Notes under the pieces: generated by a model | Told to the model about the DNA's origin: nothing | The model's input: only the letters and a program-made list of their open reading frames with translations | Databases searched by the model: none | NCBI GenBank assembly: GCA_010015805.1 | Contig: ML978124.1 | Span: 1,860,001 to 1,924,000 of the forward strand | Length of the DNA stretch: 64,000 bases | DNA from: Rhizodiscina lignyota | Lineage: Eukaryota | Direction: 5' to 3' | Position numbers and translations under genes: made by a program | Shown: piece by piece, positions 13,856 to 26,165 of the stretch | How the letters are laid out: the number at the start of each line of letters is the position of its first letter | How positions within the stretch are numbered: position 1 is the first letter of the stretch

Positions 13856-15310
13856 TCACCCACCCCTGATTCTGATGGTCTTGATATTGACATACTCAGC
13901 TAAGGCATGCTGACTTTCCTCCACACGAATACAGCTCTCTTTCCTTCCACCAAATTGCTACTGAAGTCTCACATGCACTGCTCAGTAATCAGTCCCACTC
14001 GGCAGACCACCATTCCGACTTCCAGCGCTTCAGCGATTCGCCAGAATCATTTGACATTCTCGGTGTAAAGGTCGTCTACCAAATCTGTAGACACGTTGCT
14101 GGCGATCTGATGACCTCTTCGTCTGAAGAGTAGGGTACCAAAGCAGTGACGGGACCGGATGTCTCCCCACGGCAGAAGAGCATATCTGGTTTTGGAATTG
14201 TATTCACAGGAACAGTCGGAGTATCAGAAATTGATTCAAATGCAGAGTCGAGTTCGCGTTCAAGGATCACCGTCGCACTAGCTTTTTCTGATGTCTTCGA
14301 CGTACCGCTGTACTTTCTCGACTCCCTTTGGACGGTTGAGGGCTATGTTGGCTGGCTTGTCCTTCGCCTCCAGCGGCGCCTTTTTAAGATGCTGAGCAAA
14401 CTCGTCGCAGATATTGAGATAGATGAAGGGCTGATTCGCACATATGCAGGTCTGTTCAGATGAGCGAAACTGATGATATTAGGCCGGCGATAGCAGAGTC
14501 AATATTTGCATCCTCGAAAAGTATTAAAGCACCATTTTCACCTAGCTCCACAGATGTTCGCTTCAGATTGACCATACACTGGGCGTTGAGAACTCTTTCG
14601 ACAGCAGTACTGCCCGTTAATGATAAATGTCGGACAAGTGGGTTATTGCAGAGTTCCTCCCCCACTGCCCAGGTAGTGTCAGCGGAGCAGGTAACGATGC
14701 TAAGGACGCCTTTGGAAAGCCGGCACGTTCGAAGACTTCGCCATGGCGATTGCATAAAGATGTGTCTCTGGACCTGGCTCCAGGACAACGGTATTTCCGA
14801 CGGTGATTGCTGCCTCATCTTCCCGGGTAATCATTGAGACTGGAGAATTCCATGGTGATTGCTGTTGCCGTCATCCCTTGTGGTTCAGGAGCTGTGACGA
14901 TTGTGGTATCCGTACGATTTGCTGCAGTACTCTCGCCGTAAGTACTCACGGCTTCTCTCTCAGACCAGTGCAGGAAACCTATTTCATTAACAGTTGTAAT
15001 GCTCCCAGTGAATGGTTTTCCAGACCCGATGGTGACTAATGCGGAATAGATTTGTAGACTTGGAAAGCTTCGTTTGCAAACATAATTGCAGATCATATCT
15101 CCGATACTCAGAGATCTGGTGCACATGCGACTACTGCGTTGTTCGTCGAATATACCATAACGCAGCGAGCTCGAGATCCTTCGCTATGTCACACGCCCTT
15201 CAAATGTACCATAAACCGGAAAGCTCTCGCTGCTAGAGGCTACTATCCATTCTCTATTGGCGAACTATCTGTTGTTGGGTAAGAGAGGGTTCTTGAACTG
15301 CAGACCGTGA
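13856..15310 (-). pseudogene. Degraded succinate-semialdehyde-dehydrogenase-like ALDH
   Basis: Collinear fragments in shifting frames with stops: FKNPLL..EWIVASS; GKPF..HWSEREAVSTYG; PWNSPVSMITR..TVVLEPGPET; LSLTGSTAV..VELGENGA; GETSGPV; AEALEVGMVG; QFGGRKES..EYVNIK. Key motifs are mutated. Confidence 0.8.
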
Positions 15311-15652
15311 GAATCTACCTTTGCCGTATTAGAAAGTTGTACATTGAGAGCACCGGCAAAGGTCTGATAGCAGCAACTTACACTGTATGCAATCTGTTTT
15401 CGTAAAAGGTTCGTATTGCACAATCCATGTGAAGATCGTAGAGATAGGGGCTGGTCTTGAGGTTACGGAGATACGCCAAACCTGCTGCCATCTCCGCCAA
15501 GGTTCGAAAGACGCCATGCGCTTTGAATTACGATAATGTATTCTGGAGATAATGTGGTTAATTCCTCGAAGCATTTGTCTTGCAGCATTGCGGGAAAGTA
15601 TCGGCGATTTTTGAGTATTGTGGAGTTGCGGCGAATTCCGGCGGGGACCCCA

Positions 15653-15663
15653 GGCGGAGAAAA
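15653..15663 (+). promoter_or_regulatory. GGCGGAGAAAA, candidate Zn2Cys6 site upstream of the first ADH
   Basis: Same motif, sense-oriented, ~230-260 bp upstream of two other cluster genes. Confidence 0.45.
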
Positions 15664-15901
15664 TGCCCTAATATCTCCAACAACTGCCCGAACGAAACCC
15701 GATTCAGGGCTGACAAAGGAAACATGAAGTTGGTCATATGCCAATGGTCGTTTCATTGCTCGGTCGGACTTCCGTCAAGACAAAAGTCCGAAAAAGGCTG
15801 CGTTGCGAAGGGCCGTCCAAGGCAGAACTCTCGTACAGAGTGGAAAGTCGAGCATCAAGCGCGCAAAGTGCAGGAAAATCACTTCAACCGAAGCTAAAAG
15901 T

Positions 15902-17217
15902 ATGACCCAAAGCGTTCCTCACGGCATGTCGAAAGAGCCATCTGCAAATACAATGAGAGCGGTGGTTTTTAAAGGGCCATATTCGGTTGCAGTTGAAGAT
16001 CGTCCCATCCCTCAGATTCAAGAGCCCACAGATATCATTGCAAAGGTGCAATACGCTGGATTGTGTGGTACGGAGTTGCACATGTATCGTGGGCACCAGA
16101 AAACTCCGACCGACTTCATAATCGGACATGAATTCAATGGTACTGTGATACAGGTCGGAGCCGATGTGAAAACTCTCAAAGTCGGAGACAAGATAACATG
16201 TCCATTCTCGACAACATGTGGAGAGTGCTTCTACTGCAAGAAGAACTTGACATCGAGGTGTGTGAAGGCTATGCTCATCGGCACCGCTGCTCTGGATGGG
16301 GCACAGGCGGAGTTCGTTCGCGTTCCGCTCGCCGACAGCACGGCCGTCATCTCGCCACCGGACATTGATGATAAGGTCTTGGTAATGATGGCAGACATAC
16401 TCCCTACTGGATATTTCGCGGCATCGAATGGATTCAGGTTGCTCACTGAGGCCGAAAGGGAAGACGCAGTGATCGCAGTAGTAGGCTTGGGGCCAGTTGG
16501 TGAGTTTCGGAGAATTCTAGAACCTGCGGACAGAATGGCTGACGGCTAATCAATTGCAGGTCTTTGCGCGCTGGTATCAGCATCTACGTTCAAGCCGAAG
16601 CATATCTTCGCCATAGAGTCTGTACCTGCGCGGCTACAGCAGGCAAAAGATCTTGGAGCCGAGCCGCTCAATTTCCAGACAGACATGGAAGGCCTGAAGC
16701 AGAGGGTGGCCGAAGTGACAGAAGGCCGGGGAGTGGATCTCATCTTGGAGATAGTCGGCTTAAGTCCAGCACTTCGCCTTGGATTTGACATTCTGAGGCC
16801 ATGGGGTGTAATCAGTAGTGTTGGCGTCCACAATGGCGAGGTAGTGCTTCTTCTCCCCTTTGCGTCCAATGCTGCCGCTAATAATGGAGGGAGCTAGGTT
16901 CCATGGACAGCGAACGAGGCTTATCATAAGAACTTGCGGCTCCAAACAGGTCGATGTCCAGTACGAGCTGTCTTTCCGCAAGCTCTAGAGGTTCTGAAGC
17001 AATTCCAAGACCGCTTCTCGTGAGTCACGAACTGATGAGAGCTATACGCGGAGACTAATGTTGTACCAGGTTCATGACTGATAACATAGTCTCAATAGAA
17101 CAAGCAGTTCGATCTGTGAGGTTCATTGTCGTCAAAGCTTTGCAGGAGAGGCTGACGGTCATGTAGTACGAACGATTCGAAAAGGCCGAAGTACAGAAGA
17201 TCATCTTCTCAATGTGA
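15902..17217 (+). CDS. Zn-dependent medium-chain alcohol dehydrogenase (alternative starts 15926/15953), four introns
   Basis: GLCGTELH, GHEF, CGECFYC..C structural Zn, MADILPTGY, GLGPVG Rossmann motif, GRCPVR. Confidence 0.92.
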
Positions 17218-17329
17218 TACTTTGTGGATGGTTTACTTGGCGAATGTGGGGTGGTGGTTCATGAGCATATCATGCTCAGTGGATAGTTCTCGACAGAGTT
17301 GGTGGAAGATAATCGGAATTCATCGGGAC

Positions 17330-19460
17330 TCAAGACTGTGGAAGATTTTCAGATGCCGTCCACCCTAAGTCGGCCATCCAATCTCCTAGCATCCAATTGC
17401 CGACAGTAGCATACGGGTAGTTTTGAGCTCCTGAATATGCGTCAAAGCCGGCATCCAAATGCAGCACTTGATCGAAATCTGAAGTTGGTTCTCGGTATTC
17501 CGCTGATTGTGGGGGGGCCATTGGCGTCATTGTAAATGGCTGGCTTGAATCTAGAAGTGTGACTGAGTTTGCAGCGTCGTTGAAAGTCGCGTCTTGATGG
17601 CCGGTGCCAATGTCTTCCTTTGGTCGTGATGATAGTTTACTTTGGACACCTTCGTACACAAATCCCCACTTGCTGCAGAGTTCAGGTCCGAGAAAGTCAA
17701 AGTATTTCTTCTGGTCCTTATCGAAGAAAAGTTGCAAGGGCCCTTCATGTCTCTCCTGCGACTTGACTGCTCGAAAAACAGCTTTGACAACGCGTTGTGC
17801 TCCCACAGCAGATGGATATCTCTTCGCCATTTCCACAAGGCACTGGCTGATGATTCCGAGCTCAGATTCAGCTCTTACCCAGAGCGCAGGGTACTTGTAG
17901 TACGCTAACTGGGCATATGCTGCTGTCATTAAATGAAAAGTGAATACCGGTGCAAGAGTAGGGACCTCTCCCCTTGCAAGGAAATCCTCATATACGCCAG
18001 CAGTAAAGGAAGATGCTAACAACGCAGCACCCGAGGGTGCATTTTCGGGAACAGCAGGGCGAAAAAGTAGCGTCAATGCGGTGAAATAGAGCGTATGCAG
18101 TTGCCGTGCCTTGTGGTTGTATGGCATTAGCCCACCACCATTACGTTTGTAGACACGGAGCTCATCCGGCAGATCACGAATCCAGGAGTAGAGACGGGAT
18201 TGAAGAGATAACCTTCGAGCATGGCCAAGATTGCCCCGAAGAACACCTTCCGTGAGATCTCCGAGAATTGTGCATGCCTCGACATACGCTATGAAAAGAC
18301 GTGCGTCGAAGTTTGGTTCGTCAAAGTCCTCGATGGATAAAGGCCGGACGTCGCAATCCTCGTTGTTGATCGCTCTGGGCCTGCCATGGCTCATGGAAAT
18401 CATACAATCGCGAGTCTGGAGCGCTAATCTTTAGTTTTCTGCGGCGTGGCAAACAAAACCTTATTGTGAGGCACTTACTACAAGAGTCCACCAGAGTCTT
18501 CGGCGCAATGCAGCGTCGGCCAGCTTTGGATTCGGCTCACGATGAAGACCAATCTGGTGAGCGAGAGCAACACCCATGTGAAGCCAAAAGCTGCTGGCAT
18601 CCATGGAGATGTGCTCCGGTCCACTAGGATTCCACCATTGAAGCATGACAATTGCTCGTACAGTAGCCAACGGGTCTTTCTCGCAGCCTGTGTAGTAAAG
18701 TGCTTTTGCTCGTCGATAAAATGAATGGCCCGAAGCTTGAGCTTGGGGAGCCATGGAAACCCTACTGCCGGCAACAAATACAGCCTGCAGAAGAAGTACT
18801 GAGGGTTCAAATTCCTTCGTCGGTCGGAGTTCTACAAGCTCTACGATGGGCATCCAAGGGTGACATCGCTCCATGAAATTCGATAGCAAGCTCTCACGCA
18901 CAGAACGTGGTGGGATCTCAAAGGCTCGAAGGTCGGCAAGAAACTTCTGATCCGTCTCCGGAAGTACAGTTTCTTTTCCAGCAGAATAATTCTTTGCATC
19001 TTCCTCGTCGATGGGAACGGTGCCACTGACATATTCTGCTCGTCCCAAATAGCTTCCAGGACTTACTGCGTTTCCAGAGGATACAGCTGATCTCTGCAGG
19101 CTGATTGTTTCTGAAGCATTCGGAAGCTGCTCACCCACAGCAGGTGAATCAGACGACAGGTCGACACTTAAGCGCTTTTCAGGCCTGGCTGATGGTGGTT
19201 CAACCGGCGCATTCTTGCGCTTCCGTTGGTGTGGCCTGCCTTCAAGCTTAGTACGAACCAACGCTTGCCAGCCAGATATGCACTTACACACAATCTTGAT
19301 TCAAGGTACGGCAATTAGCGCATGGGAAAGAGCCCGTGTGCATATCACAGCGAATCTACAAGACGCGTCAGAAGATTCGAAAGATTGCGAACGTAATCCA
19401 GCCACTCGCCTTTCTCCTGTGGCAGTTCTCGCATGCTTTGGATTGCACACCATTCTGCAT
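17330..19460 (-). CDS. Zn(II)2Cys6 transcription factor with fungal-specific middle homology domain (AmdR/Ctf1-like); first intron 19409-19356 is GC-AG
   Basis: MQNGVQSKACENCHRRK/IRCDMHTGSFPCANCRTLNQDC; CHPWMPIV, SFYRRAKALY, AHQIGLHRE, RRRLWWTL, HGRPRAIN. Confidence 0.9.
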
Positions 19461-19779
19461 ATTTGGCGATGGGCATGTTCGACGATGTCACACTATCAAA
19501 AAAGAGGAGAGTCTTTCAGAGCATCTGTATCATAAAGATTACTACAGACCAAAGACGATGCGCCGAGTTTGACATCTAAGATCGTCGTCAGGGTTGAAAG
19601 TGCGGAGATGAGCGGTCCGTTCACTTGAAGTCTAACCTAAATAGGCTAGTCTCCTGAAATCCTTGGTGGATTTCTTTTAAAAGAAACTGAACGCTCAGCA
19701 AACGTATTAAGCAAGGCCAATGGAAAACTGATGATTCCCATATGCCTTCGTTCAAATTTGAGGTCGCTTATACTGAGTT

Positions 19780-19824
19780 TCTCTCATGGAGTCTCTCATG
19801 GAGTCTCTCATGGAGTCTCTCATG
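19780..19824. repeat. Tandem 12-mer (TCTCTCATGGAG) x ~3.7
   Basis: Read directly from the sequence between the TF start and the ligase stop. Confidence 0.9.
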
Positions 19825-20126
19825 TCAAACCTACCCAACCTATTTTTACAACCCAGGCTTTCGAGAGGCAACCTTCGTCTTCACCATGCACCTTCTGTCA
19901 AGTCATAACTCTTGTCGGGTGCTGGTCTGTGTTGAAAGATGCTGTCATTATTCTCAATAAGAAACTTCATTGAACTCTCCCCGAACCACATGAACAGGGA
20001 CTCAACTGCTCGGGGCCTTGTGCAATAGAAATCTGGGAATTCGTGTCCCGCTGTACTCATCTATCCCATGCCATCTGTCTAGCCCAGGATGACCTAAATA
20101 TGCTGATACAAAACTTCTGGGTTGTT

Positions 20127-22048
20127 CTAGAGTCTAGCAAGATTCTTCTTTGAGTGCCACACCTGCACATCTGGGTGACCTTGTGGCGGAAAGAGTTGTG
20201 GCTTCAGAACCTTCTTCGGAACCTTTCCGGACGCGGTTTTCGGAAGGTCTGGAACGATCCTGAGCATTGTGGGCATCTTATACCCAGCCAAGATAGATCG
20301 CAAATCTTGTCGGAGCTTATCAAGCGTAAGTGACTTGATACCCTAAGCAGCTCGTCAGTCTATTACTCCACACCTGCCTTGTTGGAAGGAACTTACTGGT
20401 TTCAGGACTATCGCGGCGGCAACTCTATCTCCAAACTCTTCATCATCTACTCCAACTACAGCCACTTCGGATATGTAGTCAAGCCCGAGAACCTCCCTCT
20501 CCACATCGAGCGCGGATATCTTGTAACCACCGGATTTCAAGACTAGCCGTGTTAACAAATATACTGCAGACTAAAATGCACCCACTTACTGTCCACTGAA
20601 GCTCGACCAAGGATGAAGAAATAATCCCCTTCTCGTCGACCAATATCTCCGCTTTTGTAGTATCCATCGGCATCAAAGGCATCTGCAGTGGCCTTCTCGT
20701 TAAAGATGTACCTGAAGAGCCTTTAGCGTGCGTGCATGTTTGTACAATATGCTCAGCTTCTTACTTTGAGAACATATACGGGCTCTTGATCAGGATCTCG
20801 CCAGTGTCGCCTTCAGAGAGCTTAACGTCCAGGCCTGCGACAACTTTGCCCACCGAACCCTAGTACGAATTAGCATATTTCCAGGCCATGGCCGCTACTA
20901 CTCACATCGGGACACTTGTCGTCGTCTGGGTGAATAGTAAAGGTACTGCTACACTCCGTCGACCCGTATCTCTCTAATATTCTCTTCCCGGGAACCAGCT
21001 GGAGCCATTTTCGTTGCAGCGGCCGCGGTAGTGCCGCTGTTCCGCACATCAGCGCCCTTAGATTATTGACGCCGTCGACGTACTCCTGCCGCTCCTTCTC
21101 AGGGAGCTTCGATATGTGCACCTCGTAATATTGCATCATTCTCATGTATATTGTTGGTACTCCCGAGAACAGGGTGAGATCCTTCCTTCGCCAGCGGTCC
21201 CAGACTTTGGCGACGTCAAAGCCGCCGGAATGAAATTCGATACATGCTCCCGATACGAGGTAAGGCAAGAATGAGGTTCCAATTCCAGTCACATGGTGAA
21301 CGGGCAGATTGTGCATTACAACATCGTTTGGACCAAGGTAGAACATATTCGCGAAAACTTGGGCATAGGCGTCGAAGAATGACCTTCTTCTCATGGCACC
21401 TTTGGGGGGTCCAGTAGTCCCGGACGTGAATATGACAAGACCGGAACCGTTGTAGTCCAAGAAGTCGTCGCGTGAGATAAACATCTGCTCCGCTGCAAGT
21501 GGTGGTCTCCTCACAAGCGGCCCGAGCTCGAGGGACTGGTACTTTGGCAAGACAGTGCGAGAAACTTCAGCGCTCAGATCCTGTCCGAGCTTTACACATT
21601 TCGAAGCTGTTAGGACTGCCACGGCTCGGGATGTCTGGACGAAGTATGTTGCCTCCTTTACTGGAAGCGCGGGGGCTTGAACGAAACATTAGCTTTAGAA
21701 TTGTCTGCGCGGAAATTTAGACTAACAAAGCGGTACAATAACGCCTCCAATAGCAAGAATAGCCAAGAAGCCGACGGTGAACTCATAACCACCAGGCGTG
21801 AGAAGATTAAAGAAGACTTCATCTCCTCGCTGTAGCTCTTCCTCTGTCTGGGCATCAATTGAGTCAAGCAATACATTCCGGACGTTAAGCACATCGGTCA
21901 AGAGCTGTGCGTGGGTCGCACTGAATCCATTCGTGATATCCTTGATAACGATTGAATCGCCTCTTGCTGCATATCCGAGTAGTTTGCTGAAGAGAGGGAA
22001 GTTTGGAAACACACGGGGACCGACGTGCCGCGGTGTTGGAGACACCAT
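20127..22048 (-). CDS. Acyl-CoA synthetase/AMP-binding enzyme (ACSF3/malonyl-CoA ligase-like) ending in -ARL (PTS1-like), multi-exon
   Basis: VIFTSGTTGPPKG, LPVHHVTG, ERYGSTE, KSGGYKISALDVERE, LPKTASGKV; last codons ..KKNLARL*. Confidence 0.92.
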
Positions 22049-22308
22049 GGCTTCGTGACCAGTCTATCGCAGACACTGAATCTAATATTTATTCTAGAAT
22101 TGAAGAAAACTTTAATGTCAAGTGAACCAAGGATTTCTCCCGGCAAGTTGATTTAGCTCTGAAACAGCTATCGTACATAATTCTTATATTGAGGCCTCGG
22201 TGGTAGCCTTCCGCCTCCAAAATCGCCGCGTAAAGGCCGACTACGGCTTCAAATCGTCCGTTAATTTACATTCAGTCTTCAATGTTAAAGTTACTCTCAA
22301 CATTGCAA

Positions 22309-22320
22309 TTTTACTCCGCC
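22309..22320 (-). promoter_or_regulatory. GGCGGAGTAAAA, candidate Zn2Cys6 site upstream of the acyl-CoA ligase
   Basis: TTTTACTCCGCC on + strand. Confidence 0.4.
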
Positions 22321-22521
22321 ATCTCCCAGCTTAATTATTTTCTATCCCCGAAATTTGGGCGAAGTTTAGGTTGGCTTAAGAATGCACTTCTGCTCACGAG
22401 TCCAATCACTACGCCCTTAAAGTTGACTACGGAGTACCGCTAAAGCCCGTTCAAGTCATAATTCGCTGATCTGCTTTGTTTACTACATCTAATTTGGCAA
22501 ACTAGCTTTATATTGTCCAAC

Positions 22522-23905
22522 TTAATGAGCGCCATTGGTGCCTGCCTGTCCGTTCGCCTCCTCGATAAAGTCAAGTGCCTTCATCATGTACGGCATAAAT
22601 GCTTTTGGGTCCTCTGTCTGGGGGAAATGACCTGCAGGTTTAACGTTATAGGTGTGTGGTGAACGATCTGTGGTCGAGAGTCATACCTAGGCCCTTCATC
22701 ATCTCAAACTTCGCGCCTGGTATCTTCTCCGCGGTCTTCGCACTTGCTTCGGGCGTACAGCTGTAGTCGTATTCGCCTGTAAGCATGTATACAGGACAAG
22801 TCTTCGTATCAATAGTCTCCACCCGTCCTCTCCCATCCCAGCCTTTGAAGTAGAACTTGAGATCTCCCTGAAAGCACTGCACTCCTTGCGAGGAATAGAT
22901 CCACCAAATCAACCGCTTGTATGCAGAGGGAGCCGTCGGCGCGCACATTCCGCACACTCTTTCCGGATTCAGAATTGCTTCATTCAGATCTCCACCTAGC
23001 TCATATATCGGTTGAGTAAGAGGTAAATGCTCGCAGCCTTCACAAGGAATTACGCCGCTTACACCCAGCTCCTTCGCTCGGATCGCGACAGCGAGACAAA
23101 CATGTCCTGCCATGCTTGCGCCAGAAACAATCGGTCGCTTCAATCCGAGCTTTTTGATTACCTGAGCAATGGCCTCCACATAGTTCTCTTCGTCATTAGT
23201 GTAGCCCTCCGGCAACTGTCGCGTTCCAGGATACGAGCGTCCATGGCCAGGAAGATCAAATGCGAACATTGTACACCGCGCTTGCATTTGGCGGTTATTG
23301 AGAAGTGAGTGCGCTTGTCTCGAGTCTGCTCCAGCAGTGTGCAGGAACAAGATGTGCTGTGGACCTGTCCCAGCAGACTCGTAGAAGATTTTGCTTCGAC
23401 CCCATCGTGGTGTCTCAATCCAGGTGTACCGACCCACAATCGAGTCTTCTTCTTCCTCATCGACATAAGTCGCGTCGAAAGCATCCTCACTCTTGATATC
23501 GTTGATTGCGTCCCGGGCTCTATCCAAAGCTAATCGCCATAATCTCGCGTTCTTTCCAAATTCTTCAGCGTCGCCGATAATTTGGACTCCAGGATTGTGT
23601 CCGTGTATACGAAGTATTCCCCAATAAGACTGCCACGATGCTGGAGGTCTCGCAGCAAAGAACTTCTGCCAATCGTCCAGTCTCGCTGAGAGGACAAACG
23701 CTGCGCCCGAAGGAGACCCAAATCCTACACTCGCTGAGCCTTTCTGTACATCGACGATAAGAGCATCGTCTGCATCACTTGATTTGACACCGAATTTGAT
23801 GCTCCGGCCTTGAGCCGAAGCCTGAAATTCTCGGTCATTGGTGATCGCAGTCTGAAGTGTTTGGGTCACAGGCTTGAGAAGACCGGCAAACGTTGATGAA
23901 GCCAT
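22522..23905 (-). CDS. Alpha/beta hydrolase with N-terminal SCP2-like domain; intron 22686-22632
   Basis: LFLHTAGADSRQ, FDLPGHGRS, nucleophile GASMAG, GEYDYS, GLG/HFP; N-terminal ~135 aa has an SCP2-like pattern (..FVLSARLDDWQKFF..IIGDAEEF). Confidence 0.88.
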
Positions 23906-24132
23906 CTTGAAGAAATGAGAACAATGTAGACACCAAACGTTGTTCCTACCTCTCAATGATACATATTCTCAACTTCAATCATCCGTACTCCATCTGCGCC
24001 ATGTCAATAATCCGATTCTGCAGCGAGCTCCGTGGAAGCTGTTACCCCGGATGTTGATGTGGGGTCCCGACCGTCCCTCTTTCTCCACCTCGGCGTTTTG
24101 GCGAAAAGAGGCTTCGCCCAATACCGCCGTCG

Positions 24133-24143
24133 TTTTCTCCGCC
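24133..24143 (-). promoter_or_regulatory. GGCGGAGAAAA, candidate Zn2Cys6 site in the hydrolase/ADH divergent promoter
   Basis: TTTTCTCCGCC on + strand. Confidence 0.45.
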
Positions 24144-24546
24144 GTGAACTCTTCTACCTTCAATTCTCCCAATTTCTCGCAACACCGTGGAAGCCCGTGA
24201 TCAATCATACAAATCTAGACTATGGACATTAAGCTTCTTTTGGAGCCCCCATACAAAACTCGGAGAATGGACATTTCCAAGCCCGATGAGTCTCAATCAT
24301 GCCGCCGGAGTTTGAAGCTTGTGGGAGGCTGAACTACTCATCTTTGTATTAGGCAACGGAGTTAACGATAAGATTTCATTTCGTGGAGAGTCGTAAGTTA
24401 AATATGTGTCGAATAGTTAAGTAAATACAATTTCGTATTGTACTCTACCACTTCACAATCTCTCTACAAAAACATTTCCTTTCAATCGTTCTCTTGGGCA
24501 GGGAGCTTAACATCGGAGAGCAAAGAAGATACGTGGGGCTGGAAAT

Positions 24547-25723
24547 ATGGGTACAGTTATTCCAGAATCGATGCTTGCTTGTCAAGTAGTCGAGGTAGAT
24601 AACATTTCCCGATAAACAGCAGATGGGAGCTCTAACCGGCTCATCTAGTTCAACAGGCCATACGTGCTACGCACTGTTCCCGTTCCAGGTCCACAGTCTT
24701 TGGGCAGTTATGATCTTCTGCTCAAGACAGCTGTTGCATCTCTCTGCCACACTGACTCGATGGTTATTGAAGGCCGCATGACAGGGACAAAGCTGCCGAT
24801 CACCGGATCACACGAAGGCACCGGCGTCGTTGTCGCCAAAGGATCCGCAGTTTCAGACTTTGCCGTCGGAGACCGAGTGCTGGCTGGCATTCCGCGCAAC
24901 CGCTGCGGAGAATGCGATGATTGTGCGAGTTCAGATACGCAGTACTGCTCTAATCGTCAAGGTGGAATAGGGCTCCAGGTGGACGGCGCGTTCGCGGAGT
25001 ATGTCCTTGTCGACTCGAGAGATGCTTCAGTCATACCGGATGGATTGGACTTTGTCTCTGCAGCACCTCTTGCTTGCGCCGGCATCACAGTATGGCGTGC
25101 ATTGGAACAGACTCGACTTGTCGATTCGCAGTGGCTGGGCGTCATCGGTTCGGGAGGAGGACTGGGACATCTCGCGATCCAATTTGCCAAAAAGAAAGGC
25201 CTGAAGGTCGTGGGAGTTGATGCTAGAGATGAAGGGGTTGAGCTGTCTGCGAAAGCTGGCGCCGATCTAGTCCAAGATGCGCGAAGAGGCCAGGAAGCCG
25301 TTGTTCACGAGATAATCGAAGCAACTGGAGGAAAGGGCGTTGGAGCTACTATCAATCTCAGCGAGGCAAAGTCGGCAGCATCACTTGGATGTGCAATTAC
25401 TGCAAAGCATGGCCGTTTGGTACAAGTTGCACAGGTATGATTGCAGTTTCTTCCGTGAAAGGCATCCACTGATTCTGATGCAGCCTCCAGAAGTGGTCAT
25501 TCCTTTCCGAGAGCTAGTATTTAGAGACATTACCGTGAAAGGCTCTTTAACCGGGTCCGCAAAGCAAACACAGGAGATGTTGCACTTTGTGGCCAAACAT
25601 GGTATTCACGTGGAGACGAATATATACCATGGTCTAAGCGAGGTGTCTCGCATGGTTATTGATGCCCACTCAGGAAGGTTGAAAGGCAAGAGTGTAGTGA
25701 TCGTAGACAATACGTTAGCATAA
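24547..25723 (+). CDS. Zn-dependent alcohol dehydrogenase (yeast ADH/propanol-preferring type), two introns
   Basis: SLCHTD, GSHEGTG, CGECDDC..C, DGAFAEY, APLACAGITVW, GSGGGLGHLAIQFAK. Confidence 0.92.
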
Positions 25724-26165
25724 AGTTTTACGACATTAATTTATTCCATTTACCTGAATGAATGTGAAGTCACATTACATATCATGCTGTATTTCTCATC
25801 AAAGGCGCAGATGTGATAGAGAGTGAGTCATGCAAAGCTAGGGGATACCCGTAGCTACCCCAGAGCCTCAGAAAATCTCCCCATACTTTGTGAATCGCCG
25901 TGCCGGCGAATTCGACGGTGATAACGCCGGGTGCATGTTCCAATCGGTTTCATTTGCCAACGGAGCAAGTGTAGTCCGGATATGGTGTTGATTGGTCCAA
26001 CACAATAATTGCCTGGCAAAATGGCATCATGAGGACGCAGACAAGTGTTGATAAGTAATGATTTATATCGTGATGCGTTTCCAGGGAGGTGGCCGTCGGG
26101 CTGTGTCTCTGGCTTCTCTGGCTTTCTTTGTATTCGTCTCGCGAGAATCGCTCAGTAACTCCAAC

